Source: Spirochaetia bacterium
GTDB taxonomy: Bacteria > Spirochaetota > Spirochaetia > UBA9216
Direction: 5' to 3'
Assembly (NCBI GenBank): GCA_965140585.1
Contig: OZ223266.1
Coordinates: forward strand, 64,001-128,000
DNA length: 64,000 bases
The translations under genes were made by a program, and so were the position numbers. The notes beneath the pieces are model-generated. The model ran no database searches and had not been told where the DNA came from. It saw only the letters and a program-made list of their open reading frames with translations. Positions 59,813 through 64,000 of this stretch are shown here, in pieces (position 1 is the stretch's first letter; each line of letters begins with the position of its first letter).

Positions 59813-60796
59813 ATGTTTAAAATTCTTCAGAGAATCCAAAAAAATCTAATAATTGCTGTACCGGTAGTTATGGCAGCGGGTATAATATTCGGCTTATTAT
59901 TTGAAAATGTTTCATTTCTTCAGAACCTTGTACTGCCGTTTACCTTCCTAATGGTATACCCAATGATGGTTACCGTTCAGCTGAAGAAAATTGTTGCAAA
60001 AGGAGATTTCAAGCTCCAGCTGCTCACTCAGCTGATCAATTTTGCAATAATTCCTTTTATAGCCTTTTTTATCGGGAAGATTTTTTTCGGAGGGAATCCA
60101 TATTTCAGCCTTGGAATCCTGCTCGTAGCACTTCTTCCGACATCCGGAATGACAATCTCCTGGACCGGGATGTCTAAGGGGAACGTGGAAGCCGCTGTAA
60201 AGATGACTGTTTTCGGTTTGATTATTGGTTCACTGCTAACCCCTTTTTATATTAAAGCCCTTCTCGGTGCGGAAATATCAATCCCTCTGACAAAAATATT
60301 TACACAGATAGCAATCATTGTTGTGGCTCCTCTTCTTGCCGGCTGGCTTACCCAGACTCTTATAATAAAACGGGTTGGGGCTGTTAAGTATAACAGTGAT
60401 GTAAAGAAGATTTTTCCTCCGATCTCCACCCTTGGTGTACTCGCGATAGTTTTTGTGGCAATGGCTTTAAAGGCAAAATCAATAGCTTCGGATCCACTTA
60501 AATTTGTATCGCTTATACCGCCGCTTTTGATTCTTTATTTCATAAATCTGGTAATCAGCACATTTGCTGCAAAACGCTTTTTTAACAAGGAAGACGGTCT
60601 GGCTCTGGTTTACGGAACAGTACTCAGAAATCTCTCCATAGCCCTGGCAATAGCCATGACAACCTTCGGAAGGGAAGGGGCGGACATTGCTCTAATAATC
60701 GCACTTGGCTACATCATCCAGATTCAGCTTTCCTCCTGGTATGTAAAATTGTCTCCCGTTATTTTCAGTGAAAAAAAATCAGCAGCTAATACCTAA
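59813..60796 (+). CDS. Acr3/SBF (bile acid:Na+ symporter superfamily) transporter
   Basis: MVYPMM, SWT…GNVE and RNLSIALAIA motifs; about 10 TMs. Confidence 0.8.
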   Translation: MFKILQRIQKNLIIAVPVVMAAGIIFGLLFENVSFLQNLVLPFTFLMVYPMMVTVQLKKIVAKGDFKLQLLTQLINFAIIPFIAFFIGKIFFGGNPYFSLGILLVALLPTSGMTISWTGMSKGNVEAAVKMTVFGLIIGSLLTPFYIKALLGAEISIPLTKIFTQIAIIVVAPLLAGWLTQTLIIKRVGAVKYNSDVKKIFPPISTLGVLAIVFVAMALKAKSIASDPLKFVSLIPPLLILYFINLVISTFAAKRFFNKEDGLALVYGTVLRNLSIALAIAMTTFGREGADIALIIALGYIIQIQLSSWYVKLSPVIFSEKKSAANT

Positions 60797-60839
60797 TAGG
60801 CTGACTGAGGTTTGCATATATGCCAAATAAATCTTAGAA

Positions 60840-62504
60840 TTGACCTGTATGGAGATATTTCCGCATACTGACAGGTTAGAGAATCTGCATCCCTTCAGGC
60901 TGCTTCTAAGATTTATACTGCTCTCTGTTATCCTGATTCTTGTTTTTCTGTTTATTTCATACCTGATTCTAAAAAGAAACGGTGATGATAATTTAAATAT
61001 TTATTTCAACAGCCTCTATATGCACACTAAAAATGCGTCGGAACGGTTTATAGAAGATAATATCAACAGTATGAAAACAATTGCCGGATTTGAACCGGTG
61101 CATAAATTTTTTAAAGACTTTGAAATAAAAGCAAACTATGTTGAGTCTTCCACCGGGGAGCCCATTTTTTTTTCAGAAATGCCCATCCCGATCAAGCTTA
61201 TTTCAAGAGACGGTTTTTTTGTAATTGCCGGGGTCGACCGGGGCCCTCTAGTAAGCTATCCTGATTTTGATAAAATCAGGACGATGGTGGATCAGGGGCA
61301 TACCGCCGGGCATTTCATTGTTGTTAATCATCAGACTCCTGCATTCGGACGAGGCCCGGACAGTACTATAGCTGTAATTTTTGTACAGGTTACTGATTCA
61401 GAGAAGGAAGTACTGGGTTATCTTGTGAATGAAGTTAACCTTGAAATGCTCGGGTTAAATATGCAGGATCCCGGGATTGCAGATATTGGGAGCGATGAAG
61501 GTTTTTACACGATATACAAAAAACTTGATTTTTATTTTATTGATGAATACGGCAGGCCCATCACAAAACTGCTCTATGCTGCCGAATATCAGAATAAACT
61601 GATCAGTGCCGGGGTGGGAAGTAATTATCATGATCTACCAATTTATAATCCCTCCAGCCCCACCTCTCTTAACGGAGAAAGCAATATTTTTCTCATAAAG
61701 CAATTGATAAATGACCATCCGGGAGAACTCGTTCGTAACTTAAAACCGTATAAAAATTATTCCGGTTTAAGGGTTGAAGGAGGAGTATTCTGGCTGGAGA
61801 GTCTGAATGCCGGAGTTGTAATGGAGCTTGATGCTTCAGCCGCCTTTAGTCCCTATGTATATACTATGTCGATAATTCTGCTTATTTTGATTCTCTCATT
61901 TATTGTCTTTCTCTACCTGATTTTATGGATAAACAAACTTAGAATGCGTGCGCTTAATGCAAACCCGCTGACAAAATTACCGGGTAACACGGAAATTAAC
62001 AGCCGTTTACAATCATTGATAGATAAAAGACAGGCGGTGACAGTTGTTTATGCGGATCTTGATAATTTTAAGGCTTACAATGATTTATATGGTTTTTCAA
62101 TGGGCGATGAAGTAATTAAATTCACTGCAGATCTATTAAAAAGTTATATAGGCGGATTCCCTTCAAAGCTTTCATTCTGCGGCCATATCGGAGGCGATGA
62201 TTTTATTTTTGTTATTCCGGAAACCCATGCAGAAGAGACCTCGTCGCTGATAGCTGAACAATTCGATGCCGGAATCAGAAAGTTTTATAAAGCAGGGCAT
62301 CTTGAAAACGGCTACATAGAAGAAAAAAACAGGGAGGGCGTAATGCAGCGCTTTCCCCTTATTGGACTGAGCATGGCAGGAGTTGAATTAAGCAAAATCA
62401 GTTTCAAGCATTACCTGGAGGTTTCTAACCGCTGCGGTGAACTGAAAAAACTGGCTAAAAAACAGGTTGGAAGCTGCTTTGTAATGGAAAGACGGCATTT
62501 ATAA
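60840..62504 (+). CDS. Membrane GGDEF-domain protein
   Basis: Two TMs, ANPLTKLPGN, DLDNFKAYND and HIGGDDF. Start uncertain. Confidence 0.88.
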   Translation: MTCMEIFPHTDRLENLHPFRLLLRFILLSVILILVFLFISYLILKRNGDDNLNIYFNSLYMHTKNASERFIEDNINSMKTIAGFEPVHKFFKDFEIKANYVESSTGEPIFFSEMPIPIKLISRDGFFVIAGVDRGPLVSYPDFDKIRTMVDQGHTAGHFIVVNHQTPAFGRGPDSTIAVIFVQVTDSEKEVLGYLVNEVNLEMLGLNMQDPGIADIGSDEGFYTIYKKLDFYFIDEYGRPITKLLYAAEYQNKLISAGVGSNYHDLPIYNPSSPTSLNGESNIFLIKQLINDHPGELVRNLKPYKNYSGLRVEGGVFWLESLNAGVVMELDASAAFSPYVYTMSIILLILILSFIVFLYLILWINKLRMRALNANPLTKLPGNTEINSRLQSLIDKRQAVTVVYADLDNFKAYNDLYGFSMGDEVIKFTADLLKSYIGGFPSKLSFCGHIGGDDFIFVIPETHAEETSSLIAEQFDAGIRKFYKAGHLENGYIEEKNREGVMQRFPLIGLSMAGVELSKISFKHYLEVSNRCGELKKLAKKQVGSCFVMERRHL

Positions 62505-62608
62505 CAAATACAACAACTCGTTTCCGTACGTTTTTGTACAGAAACGTCTTATAAAAAAAATAATGTATATAATCTGAACTATAATTAACCCGTTACAGGA
62601 GAAAAATT

Positions 62609-63661
62609 ATGACAAAACGGGTTTCATTTATTTTGAGTTTACTTCTTATTGCAGGCAGCCTGGCTGTTTTCACAGGCTGTGACCCAAATGCCATCACATC
62701 ACCGGACGGTTCAGAGACTGACAGCAGCGAAGGATCCACAAGTCCGACAGCCACCAGCGGTTATACAGTTGTATTCACTGGTGAACTTCACGAAGACTGG
62801 GTTAATAATCCTTATGACACGTACGTATATGCAAAAAGCTATTCACCAAGTGATATCATCTGGAATGACGCTGATCTCACACTTTCCGACGGCGGCGATA
62901 CACTCCTTTCGAGCTCTAATTATTCGGATGTAAATGATAATTCATGCACTGTTAAGGCAAGTTCGGAAATTAACTCAAATGGAGCCGTAAAGCTCTATTC
63001 CTCTCAGGAATCCTCTACAAAAAGCGGGCTCTCTTCCGACTTCGATTGCAGTAATTCAGGTCATGCCCGAAACGACCTTATAATCAAGGCTGTGTCAAAC
63101 AAGTCGGCAACTACCCGTATACAGTTTTCGGGAAGTCTAAGCATGAGCGGCTTTATCAGATTTAATATAAGCAATGAGGGTGATGAAGCCTTTGATGCAC
63201 AGGCCGGAGCTTCGGTCGGTTTTTCACTTGCTGTCTGGGACACATATATCGGCCGATATGGAGAGTCACGTGAAGAATACCTTCAGCTGGACGGTGCCGA
63301 GGCCGGATATGAAGTAGACGGACATGCGGTATTCAGCAGAAGCATGGATGTGAATGATGGAGTAGATGGTGATACATCTGAAAGCAGCGGTGAATTTGCG
63401 GGCAGGGTATCTGCCGGCGATTCTTTTACTGATGTTCCATCTTCAGTGGATTATTTATTTGAAATTGAACCTGATGAAATCAAGGTTATTAGAAGTTCCG
63501 CCAGTGCTTCCACCTGGGCTGATCATGCTGATTCCCAGGATGACTGTTCAGTAAATGCTGAAGCAAGCATCAGTATAAGCGGAGTGCTGCAAGACTTTTT
63601 GGCTGTGGACCCGGATAATCCTGATGCAATAATAACTGTGTATGTTTACAGAGCGGAGTAG
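62609..63661 (+). CDS. Hypothetical Ser/Asp-rich lipoprotein
   Basis: Lipobox FTG-C, a Ser/Thr linker and a beta-rich body; RBS AGGAG. Confidence 0.75.
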   Translation: MTKRVSFILSLLLIAGSLAVFTGCDPNAITSPDGSETDSSEGSTSPTATSGYTVVFTGELHEDWVNNPYDTYVYAKSYSPSDIIWNDADLTLSDGGDTLLSSSNYSDVNDNSCTVKASSEINSNGAVKLYSSQESSTKSGLSSDFDCSNSGHARNDLIIKAVSNKSATTRIQFSGSLSMSGFIRFNISNEGDEAFDAQAGASVGFSLAVWDTYIGRYGESREEYLQLDGAEAGYEVDGHAVFSRSMDVNDGVDGDTSESSGEFAGRVSAGDSFTDVPSSVDYLFEIEPDEIKVIRSSASASTWADHADSQDDCSVNAEASISISGVLQDFLAVDPDNPDAIITVYVYRAE

Positions 63662-63685
63662 CGCTTTATATCCTGTTTTTCATAT

Positions 63686-63726
63686 AAAAAATGGCTGGTC
63701 AGGTGTTATTCCCGGCCAGCCATTTA
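63686..63726. terminator. Hairpin between convergent genes
   Basis: aaatggctgg…ccagccattt. Confidence 0.6.
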
Positions 63727-63768
63727 TATTCTTCCGGATTATATCAGATAAACCGGGTTGCTGAAATA

Positions 63769-64000
63769 TCAGTCGTAAAGAAGACCTTCAATATCAGCAT
63801 CATCCATATTGTCCTTTGTATAGAACTTGGCACCAGTATCTACATCAGATACTGATTTGCCCTGGTATGCTGTGAAAGCAAGTTCAACTGCCTTGTAGCC
63901 GATTGAGTACGGATCCTGGGTGATTGAACCGAGGAAGTACTGGTTTCTAACTGCATTTTTCTGGCCTTCACCGGCATCAAAACCGATAACCACAAGACCT
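63769..64000 (-). CDS. Sugar ABC transporter substrate-binding protein, C-terminal end (partial)
   Basis: VIGFDAG…GSITQDPYSIGYKAV…VDTG…Y.KDN. Confidence 0.8.
   Translation of the reverse strand, partial: GLVVIGFDAGEGQKNAVRNQYFLGSITQDPYSIGYKAVELAFTAYQGKSVSDVDTGAKFYTKDNMDDADIEGLLYD

Noticed and set aside
60840-62504. Hypr-type cGAMP-synthesising GGDEF
   Set aside because: It keeps Asp in the ND.YG…GD substrate-binding motif, as ordinary diguanylate cyclases do.
1-64000. CRISPR array, tRNA/rRNA, IS or prophage genes
   Set aside because: I saw no regularly spaced repeats, cloverleaf or rRNA signatures, transposase, integrase or phage structural genes by eye. No computational scan was run.

Overview
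A gene-dense bacterial chromosomal window, probably from an anaerobic free-living spirochaete. This is inferred from the spirochaete-type CheY N-terminus, AGGxKE-type signal peptides, many acidic lipoproteins, and TolC and TonB-receptor genes that indicate a diderm cell. I saw no rRNA, tRNA, CRISPR array or transposase. Main contents: (1) htpG 3' end, then a decayed cluster of a BKACE/Kce gene, an MFS gene, buk and ptb, plus a damaged VOC gene and a split AAA+ gene; (2) an archaeal-type homocysteine/sulfide-assimilation cassette (DUF39, NIL-ferredoxin, UPF0280); (3) ybeD-like, SplB-like radical SAM and hflX genes; (4) an aryl-alcohol/aldehyde dehydrogenase module with MFS and LuxR genes; (5) the most notable locus, a cobalamin-riboswitch-led 8-gene corrinoid capture and salvage operon in which btuB is flanked by three predicted lipoproteins (one BtuG-like, one BtuH-like, one of unknown family), followed by btuFCD and cbiZ; (6) U32/GSCFA, PadR-HAAS, a glycosyltransferase and ugd, MarR-MATE, asd, a QueG-like gene, a MacAB-TolC-type exporter with a two-component system, a FecR/lipoprotein triad, rrf2-mnmA-cysK, an Acr3-like gene and GGDEF proteins. 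Several single-base frameshifts sit in short homopolymers and may be assembly errors. All family assignments come from reading motifs by eye; no searches were run.
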